This document shows, piece after piece, positions 1 to 10,047 of a stretch of 64,000 nucleotides of DNA. Every line of letters starts with the position of its first letter. The first letter of the stretch is position 1. Source of the stretch: an uncultured Rhodospirillales bacterium (lineage in GTDB: Bacteria; Pseudomonadota; Alphaproteobacteria; CACIAM-22H2); contig CALANV010000030.1 of assembly GCA_937926175.1 (NCBI GenBank), positions 64,451-128,450 on the forward strand, given 5' to 3'. A program made the translations under genes and the position numbers. The notes beneath the pieces were generated by a model, which made no database searches, was not told the DNA's origin, and saw nothing but the letters and a program-made list of their open reading frames with translations.

Positions 1-138
1 GCCTGTGACGGCGGCGGCGGACCGCTGGGCCACCCGCGCGTGTGGCTGAACCTCAGCGCCAGCGGCAAGATCGACTGCCCGTACTGCGATCGTCAGTTCG
101 TGCTGAAATCCGGCGCGAAGCTTTCCGACGCGCACTGA
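1..138 (+). CDS. 3' end of a zf-CHCC zinc-finger domain protein (partial; start lies outside the window)
   Basis: Frame 1 translates as ...[35 protein letters not shown], which is the CHCC zinc-finger motif (HPxVxLxL...CPYC). Stop TGA at 136-138. Confidence 0.45.
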   Translation, partial: ACDGGGGPLGHPRVWLNLSASGKIDCPYCDRQFVLKSGAKLSDAH

Positions 139-261
139 CGGCGGCAACGCGCCACCAGGCCGCCGATCATAATCCAATCGCCGTACCGCGGCCGGCACCA
201 GCGCCGTGCGCCCGGACTTCCGCGGCTGCAAGCGGGGCGCAAATGCGCTACATCTGGGGGC

Positions 262-3189
262 ATGGCTACGCGATCGCAGAAATCGGCAAAGGCGGCGAGC
301 ACGCCGCAAACGGCAGCCGCCCCCAAGCGCGTCTGCCTGGTCGACGGCTCCGGCTTCATCTTCCGCGCCTATCACGCTCTGCCGCCGCTGACGCGGCCCG
401 ACGGCACGCCGGTCGGCGCCGTGCTGGGTTTCACGAACATGCTCGTGAAGCTGCTGGCCGAGCACAAATGCGACTACCTCGCCGTCATCTTCGACGCCGG
501 ACGCAAGAGCTTCCGCAACGACCTCTACGCCGACTACAAGGCGCACCGGCCGGAAGCGCCCGAAGACCTGGTGCCGCAGTTCGCCCTCGTGCGCGAGGCG
601 ACGCGGGCCTTCAACGTGCCGGCGATCGAGGTGCCGGGCTATGAGGCTGATGACCTGATCGCGACCTATGCGCGGCTCGCGCGCGAGGCGGGCGCCGAGG
701 TCACCATCGTCTCGTCCGACAAGGACCTGATGCAGCTGATCCGCCCGGGGGTCGGCATGTTCGATCCGCTCAAGAACAGGCCGATCGGCGAGGCCGAGGT
801 GCGCGAGAAGTTCGGCGTCGGCCCCGACAAGGTCGTCGACGTCCTGGCGCTCATCGGCGACACGTCGGACAACGTGCCGGGCGTGCCGGGCATCGGTCCC
901 AAGACGGCGGCCGAGCTGCTCGGCACCTATGGCGACCTCGAGACGCTGCTCGCCCGCGCCGGCGAGATCAAACAGCCGAAGCGCCGCGAAACGCTGCTGG
1001 CCAATGCCGAAATCGCCCGGCTCAGCCGTAAGCTCATCGAGCTGCACGACAACTGCGAGGTCCCGGTGCCGCTCGATGCGCTGGCGGTCAAGCGGCCCGA
1101 TCCCGACGCACTAATGGCGTTTCTCGAGACGCAGGGCTTCCGTTCGGTCATCGCCCGTCTCAAGACCACGGGCGTGCTCGCCGCCGATGGCGCGACGACA
1201 GCAGCAGCGGCGCCCGCCACAATCCCGACGCCGGCGCCTGTCCCGAAGTCCGCCCCTGCACCCGCCAAGCCGCCGGCCGGACCGCCACGCTACGATCTGG
1301 TGCAGGAGCTCGCCGCGCTGGACGCCTGGATCGAGGCGATCCGAGCCACGGGCTACGTGGCGGTCGACACCGAGACGACCTCGCTCGACGCCATCAGCGC
1401 CGAGCTCGTCGGCATTTCGCTTGCCGTCACGCCGAACGAGGCGTGCTACATCCCTGTCGGCCATCTCGCCCCCGGCCAGCCGCTGCCCGGCAGTGCTGAG
1501 GAGAAATCGGACGGCCTCGGCCTGAAGGGCGGTAGCGTCGGCGTAGCGGAGGCGCCCAAACAATTGCGGCGCGACGTGGTCCTCGAGCGGCTGAAGCCGG
1601 TGCTGGAGGACGCGTCGATCCTGAAGATCGGCCACAACATCAAGTTCGATCTTCAGATCTTCGCACGCCTCGGCATCAACGTCGCGCCGATCGACGACAC
1701 GATGCTGATGTCCTACGTGCTCGGCGCCGGCGCCGGTGGACACAGCATGGACGAGGCCGCCGAACGCTGCCTCGGCCGCAAGACCATCACCTATGACGAA
1801 GTCACCGGCACGGGCAAGGCGCGCATCAACTTCGCGCACGTGCCGCTCGACCGCGCGCGCGACTACGCCGCCGAGGATGCCGAGGTGACGCTCTGTCTGT
1901 GGCATCACCTGAAACCGCGGCTTCTCGCCGAACGGCTCGTCACAATCTACGAGACGATCGAGCGGCCGCTGATTCCGGTGCTGCGGGCGATGGAGGCCGA
2001 AGGCGTCACGGTCGACCGCGAGGAGCTGCGACGCCTGTCCAACGATTTCGCGCTGCGCCTCGGCGAACTGGAGCAGCAGATCTACAAGGAGGCCGGCCGC
2101 ACATTCAACGTCGGCTCGCCGGCCCAGCTCGGCAAGATTCTGTTCGACGAGATGGGGCTGCAGCTGCCGGACGGCTCGCGGCCGCAGAAGACCAAGACCG
2201 GTGCCTACGCGACCGGCGCCGACGTGCTGGAGGACCTGGCCGCTTTGGGCTACAGGCTGCCGCAGCTTGTTCTCGACTGGCGGCAGCTCTCGAAGCTGAA
2301 ATCCACCTATACCGACGCGCTGATCGAGCAGATCAATCCGCGCACCGGCCGGGTGCATACGAGCTTCAGCATGGCGGTGGCGTCGACCGGACGGCTGTCG
2401 TCGACCGACCCGAATCTGCAGAACATCCCGATCCGCACCGAGGAAGGCCGCAAGATCCGCAAGGCCTTCATCGCAGCGCCCGGTTGCGAGCTGCTGTCGT
2501 TCGACTATTCGCAGATCGAGCTTCGGCTCGTCGCGCATGTCGCCGACATCGACGCGCTCAAGCAGGCGTTCAGGGACGGCATCGACATTCATGCCCTCAC
2601 TGCCTCGCAGGTGTTCAACGTGCCGGTCGAGGGGATGGACAAGTCGCTGCGCAACCGCGCCAAGGCGATCAACTTCGGCATCATCTACGGTATCAGCCCG
2701 TTCGGGCTCGCGCGCCAGCTCGACATTCCGCAGGCCGAGGCCCGCGCCTATATCGACGCCTATTTCAGGCGCTATCCGGGCATTCGCGACTACATGGAGC
2801 GGACCAAGGAACTCGCGCGCAAGCAGGGCTACGTGACGACGCTGTTCGGCCGGCGCATCCACGTGCCGGGCATCTCCGCCAAGAACCCGGCACAGCGCAG
2901 CTTCGCCGAACGCGCCGCGATCAATGCGCCGATCCAGGGTGCGGCGGCCGACATCATCAAGCGCGCCATGGTGAAGATTCCGGCGGCCCTCGAGCGCGCC
3001 GGGCTTCGCGCGAAGATGCTGCTGCAGGTGCATGACGAACTGCTGTTCGAAGCACCGCCGGCCGAGCGCGAGGCGCTGATCGCGACGGTCAAGCCGATCA
3101 TGGAGAATGCGGCACGCCCCGTCGTCGACCTGTCGGTGCCGCTGGTGGTCGAGGTCGGCCACGGCGCCTCGTGGGCCGAGGCGCATTGA
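262..3189 (+). CDS. polA: DNA polymerase I
   Basis: 975-aa ORF. The N-terminal 5'-3' exonuclease motif is present (LVDGSGFIFRAYHALPP). The 3'-5' exonuclease and Klenow polymerase motifs are present (RRxhKxxxNSxYG-like ...INFGIIYGIS..., HDELLFE). Confidence 0.95.
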   Translation: MATRSQKSAKAASTPQTAAAPKRVCLVDGSGFIFRAYHALPPLTRPDGTPVGAVLGFTNMLVKLLAEHKCDYLAVIFDAGRKSFRNDLYADYKAHRPEAPEDLVPQFALVREATRAFNVPAIEVPGYEADDLIATYARLAREAGAEVTIVSSDKDLMQLIRPGVGMFDPLKNRPIGEAEVREKFGVGPDKVVDVLALIGDTSDNVPGVPGIGPKTAAELLGTYGDLETLLARAGEIKQPKRRETLLANAEIARLSRKLIELHDNCEVPVPLDALAVKRPDPDALMAFLETQGFRSVIARLKTTGVLAADGATTAAAAPATIPTPAPVPKSAPAPAKPPAGPPRYDLVQELAALDAWIEAIRATGYVAVDTETTSLDAISAELVGISLAVTPNEACYIPVGHLAPGQPLPGSAEEKSDGLGLKGGSVGVAEAPKQLRRDVVLERLKPVLEDASILKIGHNIKFDLQIFARLGINVAPIDDTMLMSYVLGAGAGGHSMDEAAERCLGRKTITYDEVTGTGKARINFAHVPLDRARDYAAEDAEVTLCLWHHLKPRLLAERLVTIYETIERPLIPVLRAMEAEGVTVDREELRRLSNDFALRLGELEQQIYKEAGRTFNVGSPAQLGKILFDEMGLQLPDGSRPQKTKTGAYATGADVLEDLAALGYRLPQLVLDWRQLSKLKSTYTDALIEQINPRTGRVHTSFSMAVASTGRLSSTDPNLQNIPIRTEEGRKIRKAFIAAPGCELLSFDYSQIELRLVAHVADIDALKQAFRDGIDIHALTASQVFNVPVEGMDKSLRNRAKAINFGIIYGISPFGLARQLDIPQAEARAYIDAYFRRYPGIRDYMERTKELARKQGYVTTLFGRRIHVPGISAKNPAQRSFAERAAINAPIQGAAADIIKRAMVKIPAALERAGLRAKMLLQVHDELLFEAPPAEREALIATVKPIMENAARPVVDLSVPLVVEVGHGASWAEAH

Positions 3190-3206
3190 CGCGACCACCC
3201 GGCGCC

Positions 3207-5036
3207 ATGGCTGCGCGCTTCACGCCCGACGAATTTCTCGACCACCTGCTCGCGTTGCCGTGGCTGGTGGGCGAGCTGGTGTCGCCCGATCTCGCCTGGG
3301 TCGCATGGAGCTGGTACGGCCGCGGTCCCGCCGCCGATGTCTATGTCGTACCGACGGACGGATCGGCGCCGCCGGTACGGCTGACCGAGACGCCGCAGAA
3401 CACCCATGTCGTGGCGTGGGCGGCGGACAGCCGCACCCTCATCGTCAGCGAGGACAAGGACGGCGACGAACGCGAGCGTCTCTATCTGCTCGACCGCACC
3501 TGGCCCAATGCGCTGCGTCTCGTCGCCGACGAGACGCCCAACTATTTCCTGCGCGGCGGCAAGCTCGCACCGGACAACCGTACGCTGGTCTACGCGGCCA
3601 ACCGCGACCCCGACACCGGCGCCGAGATCGAGCCCTACATCGTCTATGCGCACGATATCGTCAGCGGTGCGCGGCGCCCGCTCGCCCGCCCGTTGAAGGC
3701 GGGCACCGGCGCACCGGCCCTCAACGAGCAGGGCACGCACATCCTCTACACGCGCAAGGACCTGCATCCGGCGGGGCAGCAGGTCTGGCTCGTCGACATC
3801 GACGGGCGCGAGGACCGCGAAATCCTCAATTTCGGACCGGCGGTGAAGGTCAGGGCGTCGTGGCTGCGCGACGGGATTCGCGCCGTCGTCGTCGCCGAGA
3901 CGGACACCCACAAGCGGCTCGGCGTCTGGGACCGGCGCGATATGAGCCTGCGCTGGCTGATCGACGATCCGGCCCGGCACATCGAATACGCCTACGCGCC
4001 GCGCGGAACGAATCTGATCGCATCGGTCGAGACGGCTGGCGCGCGGACCCGGGCCGTCCTGATCGATCCCGACTCCGGCCTCGAGAGTCGCATCGAGGGT
4101 GCACCCGGCACGTTCCTGCCATTGGCGCGGATCGGCGAGGACTGGCTCGGCACGACATACAGCGCACGCCAGCCGCGTGACATCGTCCGCCTCGCCAAAA
4201 CGGGAACGCCGCAGAGCCTGACCCGCCTGTGGACGGCGACCCCGCTCCGCCCCGAGGATTTCGTGCCGGCCGAGAACGTGACCTGGCACGCCCCCGACGG
4301 GCTGGAGATCCAGGGCTGGCTCTATCGCGCCGCGGCGCCGTCACGCGGCCTGATCGTGCATGTCCATGGCGGCCCGACGGCGCATGCCGAGGACCGGGTC
4401 AACCCCATGATCCAATACCTCGTCGCCGCCGGATTCGACGTGCTCGAACCCAATTATCGCGGCAGCACCGGCTTCGGCCTGCCGTTCCGCGAAGCGATCA
4501 AGAAAGACGGCTGGGGCGGCGCCGAACAGGAAGATATCCGCGCCGGCATCGAGGCGCTGATGGCCAAAGGCATCGCGCAGCCCGGCCGGGTCGGCATCAC
4601 CGGGACGTCGTATGGCGGCTATTCGTCGTGGTGCGCGATCACGCGCTGGCCGCCCAAAATCGTCGCGGCCGCGGCACCGATCTGCGGCATGACCGACCTC
4701 GTGGTCGACTATTACACGACCCGCCCCGACCTGCGGCCCTACAGCGAGGAAATGCTGGGCGGTGCGCCCGACCAGGTACCGGCGCGCTATCACGAGCGCT
4801 CGCCCATCAACTTCGTCGATCGGATCAGGGGGCGACTCCTGATCGTGCAGGGAGCCCGCGATCCGAACGTGACGCCCGAGAACATGCGCGCGGTCCGCGC
4901 CGCTCTCGATCGGGCCGGAATCGCCTATGACGTCCTCGTGTTTGAAGACGAGGGTCATGGCATTGTCAAGCCGCAGAACCAGAAACGGCTCTATCGCGCC
5001 CTCGTTGCGTTCTTCGGACGCGCCTTCGGCACCTGA
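3207..5036 (+). CDS. S9 family serine peptidase (prolyl oligopeptidase / acylaminoacyl-peptidase-like)
   Basis: N-terminal beta-propeller-like region followed by an alpha/beta hydrolase domain. The catalytic GxSxGG motif is present (GITGTSYGGYSS). The start could be GTG at 3171 or ATG at 3207. I chose the ATG, which lies 18 nt after the polA stop. Confidence 0.8.
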   Translation: MAARFTPDEFLDHLLALPWLVGELVSPDLAWVAWSWYGRGPAADVYVVPTDGSAPPVRLTETPQNTHVVAWAADSRTLIVSEDKDGDERERLYLLDRTWPNALRLVADETPNYFLRGGKLAPDNRTLVYAANRDPDTGAEIEPYIVYAHDIVSGARRPLARPLKAGTGAPALNEQGTHILYTRKDLHPAGQQVWLVDIDGREDREILNFGPAVKVRASWLRDGIRAVVVAETDTHKRLGVWDRRDMSLRWLIDDPARHIEYAYAPRGTNLIASVETAGARTRAVLIDPDSGLESRIEGAPGTFLPLARIGEDWLGTTYSARQPRDIVRLAKTGTPQSLTRLWTATPLRPEDFVPAENVTWHAPDGLEIQGWLYRAAAPSRGLIVHVHGGPTAHAEDRVNPMIQYLVAAGFDVLEPNYRGSTGFGLPFREAIKKDGWGGAEQEDIRAGIEALMAKGIAQPGRVGITGTSYGGYSSWCAITRWPPKIVAAAAPICGMTDLVVDYYTTRPDLRPYSEEMLGGAPDQVPARYHERSPINFVDRIRGRLLIVQGARDPNVTPENMRAVRAALDRAGIAYDVLVFEDEGHGIVKPQNQKRLYRALVAFFGRAFGT

Positions 5037-5059
5037 CGCCTATTTCGGTTCGCGAGGCC

Positions 5060-5076
5060 CGTCCGCCGCGGGCGGA
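5060..5076. terminator. GC hairpin between the convergent S9 peptidase and HugZ-like genes, possibly a bidirectional terminator
   Basis: GTCCGCC-gcg-GGCGGAC, a perfect 7-bp stem with a 3-nt loop, in the 86-nt convergent gap. There is no clear U-tract. Confidence 0.3.
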
Positions 5077-5122
5077 CAGCTCGAGACCCCCGTACCCCGC
5101 CGCGAATCCGGCAACCGGATCG

Positions 5123-5884
5123 TCAGGCCGGGGTTTGCTCGCGCGCCCGCTTGGCGAGGCGGACGAGTTCGGCGCGCGCGGATTCGGCGTCGGTGACGCG
5201 CCGGTCGAAGGGAAGGCGCGCGACCTCGCCTGCCCGCCGGAGATCGAGCCCCTCGGGGTCGAGACCGGTCATGCGCCAGCCCTCGCCCGAACGGCCCAGA
5301 AGGCGCGTCGCATAGAGCTGGATGGCGTCGGCATGATCGTCGTTCATGTGCGCAACGATGTCGCGCTCGGTCGCCGCAAGCGCCTCGGCCCCCGTCATGT
5401 CGAGCAGCAGATCGCGTCCGTCGATCCAATGGATGCGACCGAAGCCGGCGACGAGATGCGCGCGCGACACTTCGACGCGCCAGAACGCGAAATCGCCGAA
5501 ATCAGCGTACATCGCCGCTCCCGGGTGACGGGCGACGAAGCGCGCCCGGTGCCGGGGATCGTCGGTCCGGATCGCGCGACCCTGCACGCTGACGCGCGGA
5601 CCGGTGAGCGGCTCGTCGATGCCGGTCGTACCGTCGAACAGAAGCGAGACGCGCGGATCGGCGGCGATGTTGCGCGTGTGATCCGCCAGCGTGGATATGA
5701 GGAGCAGCGGCGTCCCGTCGTGGTCGAGTGCCACCAGCACGAGCGACGCATAGGGCGCGCCCACGTCGGGCTGATCCGGCCGCATCGACGTCGCCAGCGC
5801 GGCCCGATCAACCCCGCGCATCACCCGCCGCGCGATCTCGCCCGGCGCCTGATTCTGATCCTGATTCGGTTGTGGCGTGATCAT
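5123..5884 (-). CDS. HugZ-like / pyridoxamine 5'-phosphate oxidase family protein with a C-terminal DUF2470-type domain
   Basis: 253 aa. PNPOx-like split-barrel N-terminal domain (ALATSMRPDQPDVGAPYASLVLVALD...) plus a C-terminal helical domain typical of HugZ heme-utilisation proteins. It is the last gene of the cbtBA operon. Confidence 0.65.
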   Translation of the reverse strand: MITPQPNQDQNQAPGEIARRVMRGVDRAALATSMRPDQPDVGAPYASLVLVALDHDGTPLLLISTLADHTRNIAADPRVSLLFDGTTGIDEPLTGPRVSVQGRAIRTDDPRHRARFVARHPGAAMYADFGDFAFWRVEVSRAHLVAGFGRIHWIDGRDLLLDMTGAEALAATERDIVAHMNDDHADAIQLYATRLLGRSGEGWRMTGLDPEGLDLRRAGEVARLPFDRRVTDAESARAELVRLAKRAREQTPA

Positions 5885-5915
5885 CCCTGGTCAACGGCGC
5901 TGCCGCCGAACCGGG

Positions 5916-6608
5916 TCACGCCATGCGGCGATGGAGCCACCCGGAAACGCCACCCAGCACCAGCCAGAACATGGCCGCCGCCAGCAGCGAGGCCACCACG
6001 AACTCGGCCGCGAGCTCGGCCGGCACCGCACCGACGTCCGCCGGGCGTGGGGCCCCGACGACATGCGGAATAACCAGGACGACAAGGCCCAACGCCTTGG
6101 CCCACACCGGGCGCGCAAACGCCAGACAGGCAAGACCGGCAGCACTCGCAAGCGCCGTGGCAACCCACCAGACCTGCCGGTCGACAAGATCCGCCGCGGC
6201 CATGCCCGGCAGCTCCGGCGGCAAACCGAGCGCGGGCGCCAGCGCAAAACAGCCGAACCCGGCCAGCCCCCAGAGAAGGCCGGTTCGCCCGTCGAGCGGC
6301 CGCGCACCGCCCACCGCCGCCCTGAGCGCGAGCGCCCCATTGAGCAGCAGCGCGAAACCGAAACCGGTCAGGATGTTGAACAGTATCGTGAACGCGGCCC
6401 GCTCCGCGCCATCCGCCGGCTGCCAGGCGTCGCCGTGGTCATGAACGGCGTGGTCATGCCCATGCGCGGCACCGCCGTGGACGGATGCCGCCTCGTACCG
6501 CTCCGCCGCAGCGATCAGCGGCCAGAGCTTCGCCGCCTGGAACGCCGTCGCCACGAGTCCCGCCGCCGCGCCGGCGATCACGGCGATCAGCAGAAGCCGC
6601 CTCAGCAT
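5916..6608 (-). CDS. cbtA: cobalt transporter subunit CbtA
   Basis: Multi-TM protein with a His-rich loop (HGGAAHGHDHAVHDHGD) characteristic of CbtA. The probable start is the ATG at 6608 (MLRRLLLIAV...), 7 nt after the cbtB stop. The ORF track begins at an upstream ATG at 6662. Confidence 0.75.
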   Translation of the reverse strand: MLRRLLLIAVIAGAAAGLVATAFQAAKLWPLIAAAERYEAASVHGGAAHGHDHAVHDHGDAWQPADGAERAAFTILFNILTGFGFALLLNGALALRAAVGGARPLDGRTGLLWGLAGFGCFALAPALGLPPELPGMAAADLVDRQVWWVATALASAAGLACLAFARPVWAKALGLVVLVIPHVVGAPRPADVGAVPAELAAEFVVASLLAAAMFWLVLGGVSGWLHRRMA

Positions 6609-6615
6609 GGCCGGG

Positions 6616-6792
6616 TCAATGACAGGGGAAGGCGAAGGCGTGGCGCGAGTCGTGCGCCGCATTGTGGATCACGCCCGGACCCGCAAAGCCGACGCCGAAG
6701 ATAACGAAAGTGCCGAGCAGCAGCGCGGCAACCGCCGGGAGTGATGCGCGCATGAGGCCGGCGAAGCCGGCATGGCGAGTCTGGGTCGTCAT
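6616..6792 (-). CDS. cbtB: cobalt transporter subunit CbtB, a small membrane protein
   Basis: Not in the ORF track because it is under 60 aa. The minus strand reads ATG at 6792 to TGA at 6616: MTTQTRHAGFAGLMRASLPAVAALLLGTFVIFGVGFAGPGVIHNAAHDSRHAFAFPCH*. It has one TM helix and the conserved C-terminal His/Cys tail, and sits immediately upstream of cbtA. Confidence 0.7.
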   Translation of the reverse strand: MTTQTRHAGFAGLMRASLPAVAALLLGTFVIFGVGFAGPGVIHNAAHDSRHAFAFPCH

Positions 6793-7031
6793 CATGTCGT
6801 CCTCAAGTCACGGGCAGGCGCGCCAACCATCGGCGCAGCCAGTTCAATCGGCCGGCGGATTCGCCTATATAATGCATAGTCCGGTGGAACAAGCGGCGTC
6901 AATCAAGGCGTGCCGGCCTCGATTGCGCCCAAATCCGACCACATTCCGCCGCTTCATTCCGGCTGGAGTCCGGCGGCCGGTCAGGGGGGGCACCTGCCGC
7001 CACGTGGGGTCATCGCAAGAGGAACAGAACC

Positions 7032-7733
7032 GTGCCGCAGACAATTGCCCTCGTCGACGACGACCGCAACATCCTGACCTCGGTCGCCATGGCGCTCGAG
7101 GCCGAAGGCTTTGCCGTGCGGACCTACAGCGACAGCGTCGAGGCTTGGCGCGAGCTGAGCAGCCATCCCCCCGATCTCGCCGTCCTCGACATCAAGATGC
7201 CGCGCATGGACGGCATGGAACTGCTGGGGCGCATCCGCAAGCAGAGCCAGCTGCCGGTCATCTTCCTGACATCGAAGGACGACGAGGTCGACGAGGTCCT
7301 CGGCTTGCGTATGGGGGCCGACGACTACATCACCAAGCCGTTCTCGCAACGCCTGCTCGTCGAGCGCATCCGGGCGCTGCTGCGCCGGCAGGAACTGTCG
7401 CGCGAGAAGGCGCCGGGCAGCGGGGTCGAGCCGCCGATCGTCCGCGGCGACCTCATGCTCGATTCGGCCCGTCACGTCTGCACCTGGAAGGGCCAGGAGG
7501 TGGCCCTGACCGTCACCGAGTTCCTGCTGCTGAAGGCGCTGGCGCAACGGCCGGGCATGGTGAAGAGCCGGGATCAGCTGATGGATGCCGCCTATGGCGA
7601 GCACATCTACGTCGACGACCGGACGATCGACAGCCACATCAAGCGCCTGCGCAAGAAGTTCAAGGCCGTGGACCCCGATTTCGCCCAGATCGAGACGCTC
7701 TACGGCCTCGGCTACCGCTATCGCGACAAGTAG
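7032..7733 (+). CDS. chvI: OmpR-family response regulator ChvI
   Basis: GTG start with the RBS AAGAGGAA 8 nt upstream. Receiver domain (LVDDDRNIL...DIKMPRMDG) plus a winged-helix domain. It has the characteristic ChvI/BvrR sequence and sits next to the chvG kinase. Confidence 0.85.
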   Translation: MPQTIALVDDDRNILTSVAMALEAEGFAVRTYSDSVEAWRELSSHPPDLAVLDIKMPRMDGMELLGRIRKQSQLPVIFLTSKDDEVDEVLGLRMGADDYITKPFSQRLLVERIRALLRRQELSREKAPGSGVEPPIVRGDLMLDSARHVCTWKGQEVALTVTEFLLLKALAQRPGMVKSRDQLMDAAYGEHIYVDDRTIDSHIKRLRKKFKAVDPDFAQIETLYGLGYRYRDK

Positions 7734-7753
7734 GCATACGGGACGGCCAAGCC

Positions 7754-9520
7754 ATGGTCATGTTCGCCCGTCGGGTCGAGGATTCGAAGGGCGAGGGCCG
7801 CAAGGTCGTGACGCTCCGCACGGCTGACCCGCTTCCCACCCGCTCGGCCACGCCGCGTCCGCGCACGGAACCGCACATCCGCCGGCGGCGCTTCTCGCCG
7901 CTGACGCTGCGCATCCTGTTCCTGAACACCATCCCCCTGCTGATCCTGGTCGCGGGACTTCTGTACCTCGACGACTATCGCCGTTCGCTGATCGACGCGA
8001 AGTTCGGCGCCCTGACCGTGCAGGCCCAGATCATCGCAGCGGCACTCGGCGAAGCCGCGACCGACGTGGACGACGAGACCGTCGGCGCGCGCATGACGCC
8101 CGAAGCCGCACGCACAATCTTGAGACGTCTCGCCGAGCCGACCAAGACGCATGCACGACTCTTCGCCGCGTCCGGGGAAGTCGTAGCCGACAGCCACGTG
8201 CTGGGTCAGCCGGGCGGCCAGGTCGTCATCGAGTGGCTGCCGCCGCCGGGGCCGCCACCGGGATTTCTCTCGCATTTCGCGAACAAGGTCTACGATCTGG
8301 TCTTCAACTGGCTGCCCCGGGGCCGCGACCTCCCGCAATACCGCGAGTTCCTGGCGCCACGCCTGGAGGACTACGAGGAGACCAAGATCGCGCTCTCGGG
8401 CGAGATCGCGACGCACCTACGGGCGGGACGCGACAACGATCTCGTCCTGTCGGTCGCCGTGCCGGTTCAACGCTTCAAGCAGGTGCTGGGCGTCCTGATG
8501 CTGACGGCCGACAGCACGGACATCGATGCGAATATCCGCGCCGTGCGGTTCGACATCCTCAAGATATTCGCCATCGCCCTCGGCATCACGTTCCTGCTGT
8601 CGATCTATCTCGCCAGCACGATCACCCAGCCGATCCGACGCCTTGCGGCGGCGGCCGAGCGCGTGCGACGCGGCCACGGAATCGGCGCCGGGCGCTTCAC
8701 CCGATCGGACGGCAGCGTGCAGCCGGTCATTCCCGACATGAGTCGCCGCGGCGACGAGATCGGCGAGCTGTCGGCTGCCCTCAAGGAAATGATGAATGCA
8801 TTATGGCAGCGGCTCGACGCCATCGAGCGTTTCGCCGCGGACGTCGCGCACGAAATCAAGAACCCGTTGACCTCGATGAAGAGCGCGATCGAGACCGCGG
8901 CGCGTATACGCGATCCCGCTCAGCAGCAGCGGCTGATGTCGATCATCCTCGAGGACGTCGGTCGCATCGACCGGCTGATCGGCGACATCTCGAGCGCCTC
9001 GCGCCTCGATGCCGAACTGTCGCGTACGGAGATCGAGCCGGTCGACATCGCGGCCCTGCTCAAGGCGCTCGTCGAGCTGAACGAGGCGACCGCAGGCCCC
9101 GACTCGCCCCGTCTCGTCCTCGAGCTCGCCCCGCGCCCGCTCGTCGTGCCCGGCATGGAAGACCGGCTCGGCCAGGTATTTCGCAACGTCATCGCCAATG
9201 CCGTCTCGTTCAGCCCGCCGGGCGGAACCATCCGGATCATCGCCGGCATCCGCAAGGACACGATGCGCGGCAATATGGTCGAGGTGGCGATCGAGGACGA
9301 AGGCCCCGGGATTCCGGACGACAAGCTGGAGGCGATCTTCGAACGGTTCTACAGCGAGCGTCCGAAAGGCGAAAAGTTCGGAACCCATTCGGGCCTGGGC
9401 CTGTCCATTTCGCGCCAGATCGTCGAGGCCCATGGCGGAGCGATCCGGGCGGAAAACAGAAGGGACGATCAGGGGCATACGCTCGGGGCACGCTTCGTCA
9501 TCCGCCTGCCCGTGGATTGA
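7754..9520 (+). CDS. chvG: sensor histidine kinase ChvG/ExoS-like
   Basis: The N-terminus RRRRFSPLTLRILFLNTIPLLILVAGLLYLDD is the typical ChvG start. Periplasmic domain, HAMP, HisKA (H-box VAHEIKNPLTS) and HATPase_c (GLGLSISRQIVEAHGG) are all present. Located 20 nt downstream of chvI. Confidence 0.8.
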   Translation: MVMFARRVEDSKGEGRKVVTLRTADPLPTRSATPRPRTEPHIRRRRFSPLTLRILFLNTIPLLILVAGLLYLDDYRRSLIDAKFGALTVQAQIIAAALGEAATDVDDETVGARMTPEAARTILRRLAEPTKTHARLFAASGEVVADSHVLGQPGGQVVIEWLPPPGPPPGFLSHFANKVYDLVFNWLPRGRDLPQYREFLAPRLEDYEETKIALSGEIATHLRAGRDNDLVLSVAVPVQRFKQVLGVLMLTADSTDIDANIRAVRFDILKIFAIALGITFLLSIYLASTITQPIRRLAAAAERVRRGHGIGAGRFTRSDGSVQPVIPDMSRRGDEIGELSAALKEMMNALWQRLDAIERFAADVAHEIKNPLTSMKSAIETAARIRDPAQQQRLMSIILEDVGRIDRLIGDISSASRLDAELSRTEIEPVDIAALLKALVELNEATAGPDSPRLVLELAPRPLVVPGMEDRLGQVFRNVIANAVSFSPPGGTIRIIAGIRKDTMRGNMVEVAIEDEGPGIPDDKLEAIFERFYSERPKGEKFGTHSGLGLSISRQIVEAHGGAIRAENRRDDQGHTLGARFVIRLPVD

Positions 9521-9590
9521 GCAGGGGCCGGGCATCACCCGCGCTGCCGGTTGACAACAGCGGCAATTAAGGCCCACCCTCGCGGCCACC

Positions 9591-10043
9591 GTGAGTGCGG
9601 CAGCATCAAAACTTCAGATCCACGCGAGTTGCGTCGAGCTCGCCGGAACCGGCGTGCTGCTGCTGGGGGATTCCGGCAGCGGCAAGTCGGACCTCGCGCT
9701 GCGCCTGATCGATGCCGGTGCACGCCTCGTGTCGGACGATCGTACCGATCTCGTCGCCGAAGGCGGGCGCCTCGTCGCTTCGTCGCCTGCCGCGATTGCC
9801 GGGCGCATCGAGGTGCGCGGCGTCGGCATCGTGTCCGTCGCCCATGTCTCGTACGCCGCAATCGGCCTCGCGGTCGAACTCGTCCCCCGTACATCGGTCG
9901 AGCGGCTGCCCGCGGCGCGCAGCAAGAACTGGCTTGGGATCGAGGTGCCGCTGTTGGCCCTCGATCCGTTCGAAGCCTCGGCGCCGGCGAAAATACGGCT
10001 CGCCGTCCATGAGGCATTGCGAGGGCGTCTCTTCGCCGCCTGA
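9591..10043 (+). CDS. hprK: HPr kinase/phosphorylase, the short alphaproteobacterial form with only the C-terminal domain
   Basis: 150 aa with a Walker A motif (GDSGSGKSD) and the HprK_C signature. This truncated HprK downstream of chvG is characteristic of alphaproteobacteria. Confidence 0.8.
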   Translation: MSAAASKLQIHASCVELAGTGVLLLGDSGSGKSDLALRLIDAGARLVSDDRTDLVAEGGRLVASSPAAIAGRIEVRGVGIVSVAHVSYAAIGLAVELVPRTSVERLPAARSKNWLGIEVPLLALDPFEASAPAKIRLAVHEALRGRLFAA

Positions 10044-10047
10044 TGAG

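Noticed and set aside
1111-3198. 695-aa minus-strand ORF antisense to polA. Many similar long antisense ORFs exist, for example 9535..10554, 15412..16641, 24692..26410, 45745..46908 and 59493..60620.
   Set aside because: In DNA of roughly 68% GC, stop codons are rare in off-frames. These ORFs are Arg/Ala/Pro/Gly-rich low-complexity translations that fully overlap well-supported genes on the other strand.
3171-3206. GTG start at 3171 for the S9 peptidase, which would overlap polA by 19 nt.
   Set aside because: The ATG at 3207 gives a conventional 18-nt spacing after the polA stop. The 12 extra residues (GRGALTRPPGA) look non-coding.
6793-7031. Cobalamin riboswitch upstream of cbtB as an annotated feature.
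   Set aside because: Only a loose resemblance to the GGTGCC / GGAA-GGTG-AATCC / B12-box elements could be seen by eye. Without a covariance-model score I kept it as a hypothesis in the findings only.
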